From the NCBI GenBank assembly GCA_032718475.1, contig JAUCBJ010002979.1, forward strand, positions 1 to 64,000: a stretch of 64,000 nt of DNA, given 5' to 3'. This DNA is from Nemertoderma westbladi. Its lineage: Eukaryota > Animalia > Xenacoelomorpha. The translations under genes and the position numbers were made by a program. The notes beneath the pieces are model-generated. The model was not told where the DNA came from. It worked only from the letters and a program-made list of their open reading frames with translations, and did no database searches. Numbering within the stretch: the first letter of the stretch is position 1; every line of letters starts with the position of its first letter. Of the stretch, positions 38,727-50,521 are shown one piece after another.

Positions 38727-40213
38727 ATTCTGAAACTTTTGTAACAACTCAGAATTGCGATGTGGCATAGACATTGTCCTGGAGAGACGGCAACTCTCAA
38801 TATCATCGTCTGGGTTCTCTGCGGTATCAACGTAACTAGACAGTTTACTGGAATATTTGGAGGATTCTAAAGAAGCTATAGCTCGTATTCGTTGCAATCT
38901 CAATTCTTTACTTTCTGTCGATGTCGATGTTGTTAATTCCATTGCTGTCTTCCTAGGAGTTCTCTTTAATGTAAGGTTTTGCCATTCGGATGGTTTTCTT
39001 TCCACCGGCGGTTGTTCTATCTGTCGTTTGTCCGATACTGTCCGTTTTAGTTTCATATTCTTAAATTCGGGTTCAAACTTTGTTATCGAAGGCGAGGTGA
39101 TTGTCGTTCGATCCAGTGATTCGCGCCTTTTTAATGGTAAATCAACAAACTCTGGTTTATCACTGATTGCTGTAGAATGTGTTTCGTTTGTTTCCTTGGG
39201 GACAGGTTTGAGTTCACTCAATCCGGGAATGACTACGGTGGGATTCTCTTCAATAATGGAGAGAGGTCGAGGCGGAATCGCTCGGGTTTCGCGTAAATGC
39301 ACCTGAAATATTTCGCTCGCGTTCGTAACTTCTTCTGGATCACCCGAACCGACTAGTTTCGTTGGTTTCAACGCGGTTACATCAAACGGCAACTTTACAT
39401 CGGTTAGGTCGCAGGTCTTTGGCCTTTCCCTTCGCGGTTTCAACCTCATGGTCCGGAATGTCGGTTCCTCTTTAGTTGAAATTTGAGTTTTACTTTCGAG
39501 TTTTCGAATAGTCCCCATAAGTGCAACTGCGTTGTTTTCCTCAATGTTATCCCCTGTGTGTTCATCATGGATAACATCGTCCTCATTTGCTTCCGTTAAT
39601 GTTGTTCTCAATTTGACCTTTGTAACAGCAATCTGAGGGTGAATCTTGTTTTGTTTTCGTTGTCGTTCTAATTTCATTAACGCGTCGTATCTGCGAAACG
39701 AAATATCCTGTTCATTGTTGACCACCCGAGGTGCGTTATCTGAGATATTCGGCTTCTGTGGAGTTTTCTTTAGATTAACATTACATAGTTCTGAGTCAGA
39801 TTCCTCGGTAATGCTTCCTCTAGGGGAAGTAATTCGTGCTTCCCTTAACCTTAATTCCGAGAATGCCGGGACATTCCTTTGAGAGGACGATAGTTTTTGG
39901 TTCGATTTCTCGAGTTGGGAAATGGCTTCCATGTATTGGGTGCTGTAATCCGTCTTACCGATGACACCCGATCTACCGGAGGTCTGCCGTTTTTCTTTCT
40001 CCGATAATTGGTAGGTTTTGGCGGCTTTTAGGAACTGCTGGGTGTGTTCTGTTTCGCGTTCGATACCGGATCGTGTTTCCCGAGAATGTGTTCCCATTTC
40101 ATGTTCGCGTTCTTTCTCTAATCGGGTTATAGCTTCCATGAAGGTCGTCGAATATGGTGTGGCGTTAATAACTGTAGATTCATCAGCCGTTGATAATTTA
40201 TTTGCTGTTGCAC
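38727..40213 (-). CDS. Uncharacterised WH2-like-repeat protein, exon 6 (1487 bp)
   Basis: ttttag|GT GCA ACA...CAG AAT|gtaagt; in frame with the 478-aa ORF; non-repetitive, charged, disordered-looking sequence. Confidence 0.88.
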
Positions 40214-40806
40214 CTAAAATTATAATTTAGAAATTTCACGCAAAGAAACTAGTCTAGAAACTTCCATAGTCTAGTTAATGGCGCAAAATGACCGTAAATA
40301 CTAACTTTTTTTTTGTTTGGAGGATTTAACGTTAATTTATTTTAATTTAAAACATCAAAGCAAAAGAGCAGTATAGAATGGCGGTATCTCGCCAATACAA
40401 TAAATTTTATATCACTTGCGATAAATTGTCAATTTGCCCTGTAGATAACTTTTGCACCACTATTAGCCCTAGACTAAGCTTGTTGTGATATATTACCATG
40501 CGATGAAGCAAATATTTTCATGTTGTACAGTTTGTACTATAAGCATGGAGCTACCGTTACCGTATAATAACTTGCTAATAAATTGGTAGTCAATTTAATA
40601 ATACAATTAATTATAATAGCAGATGTGGAGCCCTCTTGGAGGAGAATAAGTAGGCCAACAACGTTCAGCTAACCGGAGCCTCATTCCAGTGCCGGAAGTA
40701 AGGATTTCATAGGCTTCTATACATTATTCCTACGCTTCTGGCCCACACGTCATGACACACCAATTTGGAAAACGACCATAGTGTAATAATTATTATGATC
40801 TAACAC

Positions 40807-41045
40807 TAACTTAAATCTTTTACTCATTTGAATCTTACACCCCACTATATTACAACTATCTTACACCCCCACTATATTACAACTATCTTACACCCCCACT
40901 ATATTACAACTATCTTACACCCCCACTATATTACAACTATCTTACACCCCCACTATATTACAAAATGTTTTGGGCTTGATGTCCTGATTCAATGTTTTTT
41001 GTAATTTGTGGGGTGTAAAACTCAACAGAGTAAAACCTTAGTTAG
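40807..41045. mobile_element. MITE-like element with an internal 27-bp tandem repeat (about 5 copies)
   Basis: TTTTACTC..TTGA..TTACACCCCAC is mirrored by GTGGGGTGTAAAACTCAACAGAGTAAAA; internal unit CTTACACCCCCACTATATTACAACTAT. Confidence 0.55.
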
Positions 41046-41298
41046 ATTACATTAACAGCCCCCAAATTCATTTCTAGTTATAACTTAGATAGAATAATTA
41101 TAAACGTTCGATAATGGCTCACAGTTCTGTCTCTGTTCAACATTCATTAAACGATAAAGTTAACTAATAATATTATTTAGAAATTCCGTCGTGAGAAAAT
41201 TTGGGAGGGAATTCTAGGTACGGAGTAAGTGACCGAGACCACTGTTTGTAATTATATAAGGACAACAATTTATGTGTTCAATTTGAACGACAACCAAC

Positions 41299-41492
41299 CA
41301 TATTCATCACTGGAAGCTTCGCTACTAAGACCACTGTCACTAGATGGCAGCATCTTCTGGAGTTTCATCAATCTCTTCGATTTCTCATTCGGTTTATCGC
41401 CATCTCCGTAACCCCCCGATGGATCGTAAGGCTCTATGTATTCCAGATTATCTTGGCTAACATCCAACTGCTTTTTAAGCATTTGCATTGAT
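41299..41492 (-). CDS. Uncharacterised WH2-like-repeat protein, exon 5
   Basis: ttttag|A TCA ATG CAA...GAA TAT G|gttggt; phase 2 in, phase 1 out, consistent with neighbouring exons. Confidence 0.8.
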
Positions 41493-41694
41493 CTAAAAAT
41501 AAATGCAGTTCTTACGGTTTAGGTGATGTAACTTTTTTAATACATTTTCGAAGATTAAATATGTATTAACGGAATCTCTGGAATTTTGGCTGAGTTAGGA
41601 TACAGTATAGATCGCCCTATATTTACATACCCTTAGCACAATGGACTAACTTTACAAAATTTCCCCTTGATTTTGCGATCTTTCGAAAAAACTA

Positions 41695-41791
41695 TTAATA
41701 GACCTATGTTGTTTGTTAATAGACCTATGTTAATATTAATAGACCTATGTTAATATTAATAGACCTATGTTAATATTAATAGACCTATGTT
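41695..41791. repeat. Approximately 20-bp tandem repeat, about 5 copies
   Basis: TTAATAGACCTATGTTAATA-like units. Confidence 0.85.
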
Positions 41792-41856
41792 GCTATGTAT
41801 GTTTATTTACATATAATTTACCTTTATTATTGTTATATATTGTGCTATTATAATAC

Positions 41857-41992
41857 CTGGTTGTTAAGGCCGGATCAACAAAATCATCGCCTCTTATTGA
41901 CATCACTATAGTATCGTCAGCATCATCCTCGTAAGTTTCGGTAGATTCGTCATTTACAAATGTATCATCGTCGTCTTCTGGCCCAATCATTC
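41857..41992 (-). CDS. Uncharacterised WH2-like-repeat protein, exon 4
   Basis: aaacag|GA ATG ATT GGG...ACC AG|gtatta; acidic MIGPEDDDDTFVNDES; phase 1 in matches exon 3 (C|GA = Arg). Confidence 0.8.
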
Positions 41993-42326
41993 CTGTTTAT
42001 TATTATAATAATGAAATTCGAGAGTTCAGGATATTAATATTATAACAGTTACTAAGTACTTGTCGGGCCTACCATATATTAACTACTACTAACTGTTCTG
42101 GTTCTATTTTATATGTTAAACTGTTTTCGATCAACGGGTCTCTGTTTCCAAGCTACAGTACCATTAATAATAGCAGCGTTGCGGTAGGAATGTTGCTTAC
42201 AGTTAACATCATCAGTTTTGTTGCTACAGTAGTTAATTACACTTACGCACAGGGAAGGCTTATGAAATGCTTTGACAAGTTCATTACACTTAATTAAGTA
42301 GATCATATTAAATGCTTTATACAGTT

Positions 42327-45300
42327 AGAGTCTATTAAATACTTTTGTCTTTAGTAATTCAACTGACTTACGGGAGAGTCTATTAAATACTTTTGTCTTT
42401 AGTAATTCAACTGACTTTGGGAGATTCTATGAAACACTTTGTTGTTGGTCAATTCCGTTAGTAATTCAACTGACTTACGGGAGAGTCTATTAAATACTTT
42501 TGTCTTTAGTAATTCAACTGACTTACGGGAGAGTCTATGAAACACTTTGTTGTTGGTCAATTCCGTTAGTAATTCAACTGACTTACGGGAGAGTCTATTA
42601 AATACTTTTGTCTTTAGTAATTCAACTGACTTACGGGAGAGTCTATGAAACGCTTTGTTGTTGGTCAATTCCGTTAGTAATTCAACTGACTTACGGGAGA
42701 GTCTATGAAACGCTTTGTTGTTGGTCAATTCCGTTAGTAATTCAACTGACTTACGGGGGAGTCTATTAAATACTTTTGTCTTTAGTAATTCAACTGACTT
42801 ACGGGAGAGTCTATGAAACGCTTTGTTGTTGGTCAATTCCGTTAGTAATTCAACTGACTTACGGGGGAGTCTATTAAATACTTTTGTCTTTAGTAATTCA
42901 ACTGACTTACGGGAGAGTCTATTAAACGCTTTGTTGTTGGTGAATTCCGTTAGTAATTCAACTGACTTACAGGAGAGTCTATTAAATACTTTTGTCTTTA
43001 GTAATTCAACTGACTTACGGGAGAGTCTATTAAACGCTTCGTTGTTGGTCAATTACGTTAGTAATTCAACTGACTTACGGGAGAGTCTATGAAACGCTTT
43101 GTTGTTGGTCAATTCCGTTAGTAATTCAACTGACTTACGGGGGAGTCTATTAAATACTTTTGTCTTTAGTAATTCAACTGACTTACGGGAGAGTCTATGA
43201 AACGCTTTGTTGTTGGTCAATTCCGTTAGTAATTCAACTGACTTACGGGGGAGTCTATTAAATACTTTTGTCTTTAGTAATTCAACTGACTTACGGGAGA
43301 GTCTATGAAACGCTTTGTTGTTGGTCAATTCCGTTAGTAATTCAACTGACTTACGGGGGAGTCTATTAAATACTTTTGTCTTTAGTAATTCAACTGACTT
43401 ACGGGAGAGTCTATGAAACGCTTTGCTGTTGGTCAATTCCGTTAGTAATTCAACTGACTTACGGGGGAGTCTATTAAATACTTTTGTCTTTAGTAATTCA
43501 ACTGACTTACGGGAGAGTCTATGAAACGCTTTGTTGTTGGTCAATTCCGTTAGTAATTCAACTGATTTACGGGAGAGTCTATTAAATACTTTTGTCTTTA
43601 GTAATTCAACTGACTTTGGGAGAGTCTATGAAACGCTTTGTTGTTGGTCAATTCCGTTAGTAATTCAACTGACTTACGGGGGAGTCTATTAAATACTTTT
43701 GTCTTTAGTAATTCAACTGACTTACGGGAGAGTCTATGAAACGCTTTGTTGTTGGTCAATTCCGTTAGTAATTCAACTGACTTACGGGGGAGTCTATTAA
43801 ATACTTTTGTCTTTAGTAATTCAACTGACTTACGGGAGAGTCTATGAAACGCTTTGTTGTTGGTCAATTCCGTTAGTAATTCAACTGACTTACGGGAGAG
43901 TCTATTAAATACTTTTGTCTTTACTAATTCAACTGACTTCGGGAGAGTCTATGAAACGCTTTGTTGTTGGTCAATTCCGTTAGTAATTCAACTGACTTAC
44001 GGGAGAGTCTATGAAACGCTTCGTTGTTGGTCAATTCCATTAGTAATTCAACTGACTTACGGGAGAGTCTATTAAATACTTTCGTCTTTAGTAATTTAAC
44101 TGACTTACGGGAGAGTCTATTAAATACTTTTGTCTTTAGTAATTTAACTGACTTACGGGAGAGTCTATGAAACGCTTTGTTGTTGGTCAATTCCGTTAGT
44201 AATTCAACTGACTTACGGGAGAGTCTATTAAATACTTTCGTCTTTAGTAATTCAACTGACTTACGGGAGAGTCTATTAAATACTTTTGTCTTTAGTAATT
44301 CAACTGATTTACGGGAGAGTCTATTAAATACTTTTGTCTTTAGTAATTCAACTGATTTACGGGAGAGTCTATTAAATACTTTTGTCTTTAGTAATTCAAC
44401 TGACTTACGGGAGAGTCTATTAAACGCTTTGTTGTTGGTCAATTCCGTTAGTAATTCAACTGACTTACGGGGGAATCTATTAAATACTTTTGTCTTTAGT
44501 AATTCAACTGACTTACGGGAGAGTCTATGAAACGCTTTGTTGTTGGTCAATTCCGTTAGTAATTCAACTGACTTACGGGAGAGTCTATTAAATACTTTCG
44601 TCTTTAGTAATTCAACTGACTTACGGGAGAGTCTATTAAATACTTTCGTCTTTAGTAATTCAACTGACTTACGGGAGAGTCTATTAAATACTTTTGTCTT
44701 TAGTAATTCAACTGACTTACGGGAGAGTCTATTAAACGCTTTGTTGTTGGTCAATTCCGTTAGTAATTCAACTGACTTACGGGGGAATCTATTAAATACT
44801 TTTGTCTTTAGTAATTCAACTGACTTACGGGAGAGTCTATTAAACGCTTTGTTGTTGGTCAATTCCGTTAGTAATTCAACTGACTTACGGGGGAATCTAT
44901 TAAATACTTTTGTCTTTAGTAATTCAACTGACTTACGGGAGAGTCTATTAAACGCTTTGTTGTTGGTCAATTCCGTTAGTAATTCAACTGACTTACGGGG
45001 GAATCTATTAAATACTTTTGTCTTTAGTAATTCAACTGACTTACGGGAGAGTCTATTAAACGCTTTGTTGTTGGTCAATTCCGTTAGTAATTCAACTGAT
45101 TTACGGGAGAGTCTATTAAATACTTTTGTCTTTAGTAATTCAACTGACTTACGGGAGAGTCTATTAAACGCTTTGTTGTTGGTCAATTCCGTTAGTAATT
45201 CAACTGACTTACGGGGGAATCTATTAAATACTTTTGTCTTTAGTAATTCAACTGACTTACGGGGATTCTATTAAACGCTTTGTTGTTGGTCAATTCCGTT

Positions 45301-45824
45301 AGTAATTCAACTGACTTACGGGGGAATCTATTAAATACTTTTGTCTTTAGTAATTCAACTGACTTACGGGAGAGTCTATTAAACGCTTTGTTGTTGGTCA
45401 ATTCCGTTAGTAATTCAACTGACTTACAGGAGAGTCTATTAAATACTTTTGTCTTTAGTAATTCAACTGACTTACGGGAGAGTCTATGAAACGCTTTGTT
45501 GTTGGTCAATTCCGTTAGTAATTCAACTGACTTACGGGAGAGTCTATTAAATACTTTCGTCTTTAGTAATTCAACTGACTTACGGGAGAGTCTATTAAAT
45601 ACTTTTGTCTTTAGTAATTCAACTGACTTACGGGAGAGTCTATTAAACGCTTTGTTGTTGGTCAATTCCGTTAGTAATTCAACTGACTTACGGGGGAATC
45701 TATTAAATACTTTTGTCTTTAGTAATTCAACTGACTTACGGGAGAGTCTATGAAACGCTTTGTTGTTGGTCAATTCCGTTAGTAATTCAACTGACTTACG
45801 GGGGAGTCTATGAAACGCTTTGTT

Positions 45825-45863
<39 letters not shown>

Positions 45864-48394
45864 ATAGCCGTATATTTATTATTAAAGCTTGTAAAAACAG
45901 CTGATGCACATCAGATCGCATAGCAACCACCACCAACTACCAGACAAATATACACTGTTAAATTAATACTACAGTTAGTATATGATACTGTCTGACTGTC
46001 CTCCAAACTTGGAGGGTTGTTATCCACAGTCGCCTACGCCGGGTTGCAGTCGGCATTGCTGTGGATGATCGACTCCACGTCGCACCGAACCGGACGCCGC
46101 TTAGCTGATCGACAGCCGCGAAGGCACAGGAGGGCTGACCGCAAAAGGGCGAAACTCAACCTCCTGCGAACCCACACAACACACTCTGAATAGCGGACCT
46201 CGCGTTTGTCAGCCAGTTTCAACGCGAGACGCTTGATAAACTGTGTGGCTGACGGTGAAGCTCCACCAAACGCAGAGAATATAAGGGGAGTGAAGCTGGC
46301 GTGCTCCACCTCCCTCAACCGCTCTTCGTATTTGAGCCTCTTGCGAGACTTATGGTGTAGGTGGGATGCCGGAAGGGACATCGCGGCGTTGGTGTCCGCC
46401 AGCGGGTTGAAGACAGACACGTCGATGAACGTTTTCCGGAAACGGTTTCCCCAGAATCCGCTCACCGACACATCCAGCCTCGCCTGCTGGTCCGTCGATG
46501 TCGACCGATGGCTGAACGTCTCGCCCGATAGTGGCTGCAGAAGCGGTTCCACCCCGACATTGTTTGAAACGCTTTGTTGTTGGTCAATTCCGTTAGTAAT
46601 TCAACTGACTTACGGGAGAGTCTATTAAATACTTTTGTCTTTAGTAATTCAACTGACTTACGGGAGAGTCCATAAAACGCTTCGTTGTTGGTCAATTCCG
46701 TTAGTAATTCAACTGACTTACGGGAGAGTCTATTAAATACTTTTGTCTTTAGTAATTCAACTGACTTACGGGAGAGTCTATGAAACGCTTTGTTGTTGGT
46801 CAATTCCGTTAGTAATTCAACTGACTTACGGGAGAGTCTATGAAACGCTTTGTTGTTGGTCAATTCCGTTAGTAATTCAACTGACTTACGGGAGAGTCTA
46901 TGAAACGCTTTGTTGTTGGTCAATTCCGTTAGTAATTCAACTGACTTACGGGAGAGTCTATTAAATACTTTTGTCTTTAGTAATTCAACTGACTTACGGG
47001 AGAGTCTATGAAACGCTTTGTTGTTGGTCAATTCCGTTAGTAATTCAACTGACTTACGGGAGAGTCTATTAAATACTTTTGTCTTTAGTAATTCAACTGA
47101 CTTACGGGAGAGTCCATAAAACGCTTCGTTGTTGGTCAATTCCGTTAGTAATTCAACTGACTTACGGGAGAGTCTATGAAACGCTTTGTTGTTGGTCAAT
47201 TCCATTAGTAATTCAACTGACTTACGGGAGAGTCTATTAAATACTTTTGTCTTTAGTAATTCAACTGACTTACGGGAGAGTCCATGAAACGCTTCGTTGT
47301 TGGTCAATTCCGTTAGTAATTCAACTGATTTACGGGAGAGTCTATTAAATACTTTTGTCTTTAGTAATTCAACTGACTTACGGGGAGTCCATGAAACGCT
47401 TCGTTGTTGGTCAATTCCGTTAGTAATTCAACTGACTTACGGGAGAGTCTATGAAACGCTTCGTTGTTGGTCAATTCCGTTAGTAATTCAACTGATTTAC
47501 GGGAGAGTCTATTAAATACTTTTGTCTTTAGTAATTCAACTGACTTACGGGAGAGTCTATGAAACGCTTCGTTGTTGGTCAATTCCGTTAGTAATTCAAC
47601 TGATTTACGGGAGAGTCTATTAAATACTTTTGTCTTTAGTAATTCAACTGACTTACGGGAGAGTCTATGAAACGCTTTGTTGTTGGTCAATTCCGTTAGT
47701 AATTCAACTGACTTACGGGATAGTCTATTAAATACTTTTGTCTTTAGTAATTCAACTGACTTACGGGAGAGTCTATGAAACGCTTTGTTGTTGGTCAATT
47801 CCGTTAGTAATTCAACTGACTTACGGGATAGTCTATTAAATACTTTTGTCTTTAGTAATTCAACTGACTTACGGGAGAGTCTATGAAACGCTTTGTTGTT
47901 GGTCAATTTCGTTAGTAATTCAACTGACTTACGGGATAGTCTATTAAATACTTTCGTCTTTAGTAATTCAACTGACTTACGGGAGAGTCTATGAAACGCT
48001 TTGTTGTTGGTCAATTCCGTTAGTAATTCAACTGACTTACGGGATAGTCTATTAAATACTTTTGTCTTTAGTAATTCAACTGACTTACGGGAGAGTCTAT
48101 GAAACGCTTTGTTGTTGGTCAATTTCGTTAGTAATTCAACTGACTTACGGGATAGTCTATTAAATACTTTCGTCTTTAGTAATTCAACTGACTTACGGGA
48201 GAGTCTATGAAACGCTTTGTTGTTGGTCAATTCCGTTAGTAATTCAACTGATTTACGGGAGAGTCTATTAAATACTTTTGTCTTTAGTAATTCAACTGAC
48301 TTACGGGAGAGTCTATTAAATACTTTTGTCTTTAGTAATTCAACTGACTTACGGGAGAGTCTATGAAACGCTTTGTTGTTGGTCAATTCCGTTA
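42327..48394 (-). repeat. Composite 48-bp/60-bp minisatellite, about 98 units, starting at the exon 3 donor and interrupted by a LINE insertion
   Basis: Minus-strand units TAAAGACAAAAGTATTTAATAGACTCTCCCGTAAGTCAGTTGAATTAC (48 bp) and TAACGGAATTGACCAACAACAAAGCGTTTCATAGACTCTCCCGTAAGTCAGTTGAATTAC (60 bp), interleaved. Confidence 0.97.
45828..46564 (-). mobile_element. 5'-truncated CRE-like non-LTR retrotransposon (restriction-like endonuclease domain, 3' UTR, poly(A))
   Basis: ORF ARLDVSVSGFWG..TFIDVSVFNP..KYEERLREVEHASFTPLIFSAFGG..RRLSFALLRS..CLRG; about 31-nt poly(A) tail (poly-T on + to 45858); TSD TGAAACGCTTTGTTGTT at 45811 and 46565; GC-rich relative to host. Confidence 0.88.
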
Positions 48395-48454
48395 CATTTT
48401 CTTCTTCACTTAGACGTCGTAACTCCATTTTCTTCTGTGTTTTACGAATTTCCG
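48353..48454 (-). CDS. Uncharacterised WH2-like-repeat protein, exon 3
   Basis: caacag|CG GAA ATT...CTC TCC C|gtaagt; 102 bp, phase 1-1. The last approximately 42 nt belong to the first minisatellite unit. Confidence 0.82.
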
Positions 48455-48520
48455 CTGTTGAAATATTTTCGGAATTTATAATAAAATTGTTGGTATTGGA
48501 AATATAGTAATGTGGAAGCA

Positions 48521-48717
48521 GGACAATTCGGTCCCGGACAATTCGGTCCTAGGACAATTCGGTCCTAGGACAATTCGGTCCCGGACAATTCGGTCCCGGA
48601 CAATTCGGTCCCATTTATTTAGTGTTTTGGGACCGAATTGTCCGGGACCGAATTGTCCGGGACCGAATTGTCCGGACCGAATTGTCCGGGACCGAATTGT
48701 CCGGGACCGAATTGTCC
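48521..48717. mobile_element. Small palindromic element made of inverted 15/16-bp tandem arrays
   Basis: (GGACAATTCGGTCCC) x6, short AT-rich spacer, (GGGACCGAATTGTCC) x6. Confidence 0.85.
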
Positions 48718-48865
48718 TACATCCTAGTAATGTACCTAAATCCAATTCTATATCGAATGACCATAACCCCAGCTACCCAACCCACACCACGGTCCAACAT
48801 TAACTACTGTACTGGGTGTTGTTCCCTCATACAGTAGTAAATTTACTTTGGTAGTCTATACTAAC

Positions 48866-49029
48866 CTAGATTCACCATTGGTTGTTTAGATGTGTCTTTA
48901 ACTATCCTGTGTATCAATCTCAACCTCTTCATTGACTCACTAACATGATGTTCGTCCTCTTTCATTCTATCGTCGTCGTTATCACCATCACTCTTGTCGT
49001 TAACGGATTGACGATATCGAAGACTATCA
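48866..49029 (-). CDS. Uncharacterised WH2-like-repeat protein, exon 2
   Basis: ctgcag|T GAT AGT CTT...AAT CTA G|gttagt; open frame, phase 2 in, phase 1 out. Confidence 0.8.
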
Positions 49030-49682
49030 CTGCAGAATTCAAGTAAATAAATTAATTTGTATTATCTCTATTTATTGTAATATTAACAGATAGGCTTACC
49101 CAAAGAAAGGTTACCTGTTAAACATTTCATATGAAGAACCGTGGTATATTGAATTGCATTCTTATTATAACCACTTAATTTCTTTGATTTGTTTACGAGA
49201 TTGGGGGATATTAAAAAAGCTGTTCATAATCCTATTTAAATAATTATTAAAAGTTAGTGTGAGTGATAGTTGTGTGAGTGGTACTTTTGTGTGTTGTAGC
49301 ATGACCTACTATAACACCTGTTATAGTAGGTCATGGTTGTAGTTTTGTGAGAGGTAGTTACTGTATTGTGAGTGGTAGTTATTAGGAATGGTAGATATTA
49401 GGAATTGTGGTATGGAATGGTAGCTATTGTGAATGGTAGGGTAGAGGAGACGCAATCAAAATGGAACAAGGGGAAATCGAAGCAATAACAATTACTGATT
49501 ATGAGAAATATTATTATTTATTATATATATTTGTTGCTTTAATTCAGGCTCTAAAGGAGCAGCTCCTTTAAAAACCGGTAATGGAAACAGCACAAAGGTA
49601 AAACAGAGAAACCTGTAAAAAAACAAAGTAAAGCAAACAGTCAGCCGAGGCCGGAGGCGATGCGAAGACGCCGGAGTAGTTG

Positions 49683-49752
49683 ACCCTGGCGGGGCTGAAC
49701 CTACAACCATTAGATCGCAGGCCCGGCGCTCAACCAACTGAGCTACCTCGCC
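49683..49752 (-). mobile_element. tRNA-derived SINE head
   Basis: Minus strand GGTAGCTCAGTTGGTTGAGCG (A-box) ... GGTTCAGCCCC (degenerate B-box), followed by a GC-rich body and a T-rich tract. Confidence 0.6.
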
Positions 49753-49896
49753 ATTAACCTGAAAAATATGATATGGTAAATAAAAATTTCCCTGTCTCAG
49801 GAATTAGACTATCCTTCTATACTTCACTTTGTATAGTACTTACTGGGTATAGTGGTCCCGGTCCGGTACTACGTAGGCCTACAGTACTACACAGAC

Positions 49897-50084
49897 CTGC
49901 TATCTCCATTCTGTAACATAGAGAAACTACTGGCTAGTAGAGACCCGGGATCCATTCCCTTCTCCCAGGCGTGCTCGGGCATAAGTGACGGCGTTTGTGA
50001 TCGACCTTGTGAGCCGTTTAGGTGTCTGTGTGAACAAGTTTCATCCGAACTATTTGATTTATCGTCTTCTGCAATATCTCCCAT
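49897..50084 (-). CDS. Uncharacterised WH2-like-repeat protein, putative first coding exon
   Basis: aaaaccATGG start context; MGDIAEDDKSNSSDET...GDS AG|gtctgt, phase 2 matching exon 2. The true 5' end may lie further upstream (candidate exon 52299-52433). Confidence 0.65.
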
Positions 50085-50357
50085 GGTTTTTTTTTATAGA
50101 TGCGAAGTAATTAGAACCAAATTATATCGACAATGGGGTTTATTATTACATAATTCGTAGTATTTTTTGTTATAAATAGTTTATTTATATAAATCGCTTC
50201 ATTTCTATTACAACTTGGCGAGAATTTAGTACAAATTTAACTAACAACATAACGATTGTATTAACTTTACGTAGAAGATTAGTTAATCGATTTTAGTACT
50301 TCAAATCGATATAAAACAAACTTAGCGGTCTTTACTAAATTTTGTATTCTGGTGAAA

Positions 50358-50521
50358 TAATGGGGCAAAATGACCGCAACATAAACTATGTGATTTGGGA
50401 TTTACAATTTTTATTGAATTAATATAAACATCAAGGGAAAGAAGCAGGATTCAATTACGGTGTTTTCTAACCAAAATAATAAAATAAACTTTATTTCACT
50501 CGCGGTCAGTTTGCGCCACTA
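50358..50521. mobile_element. Short MITE; second copy at about 40277-40445
   Basis: TAATGGGGCAAAATGACCGC ... GCGGTCAGTTTGCGCCACTA inverted termini; internal sequence similar to 40277-40445. Confidence 0.6.

Noticed and set aside
42399-47307. Repeat ORFs (TNNKAFHRLSRKSVELL)n as stand-alone genes
   Set aside because: Minisatellite translations with non-ATG starts; only the part contiguous with exon 3 could be coding (see finding).
42327-48394. CRISPR-like appearance (constant segment with alternating intervening sequences)
   Set aside because: Only two recurring intervening sequences rather than unique spacers, no cas genes, and a spliceosomal-intron context.
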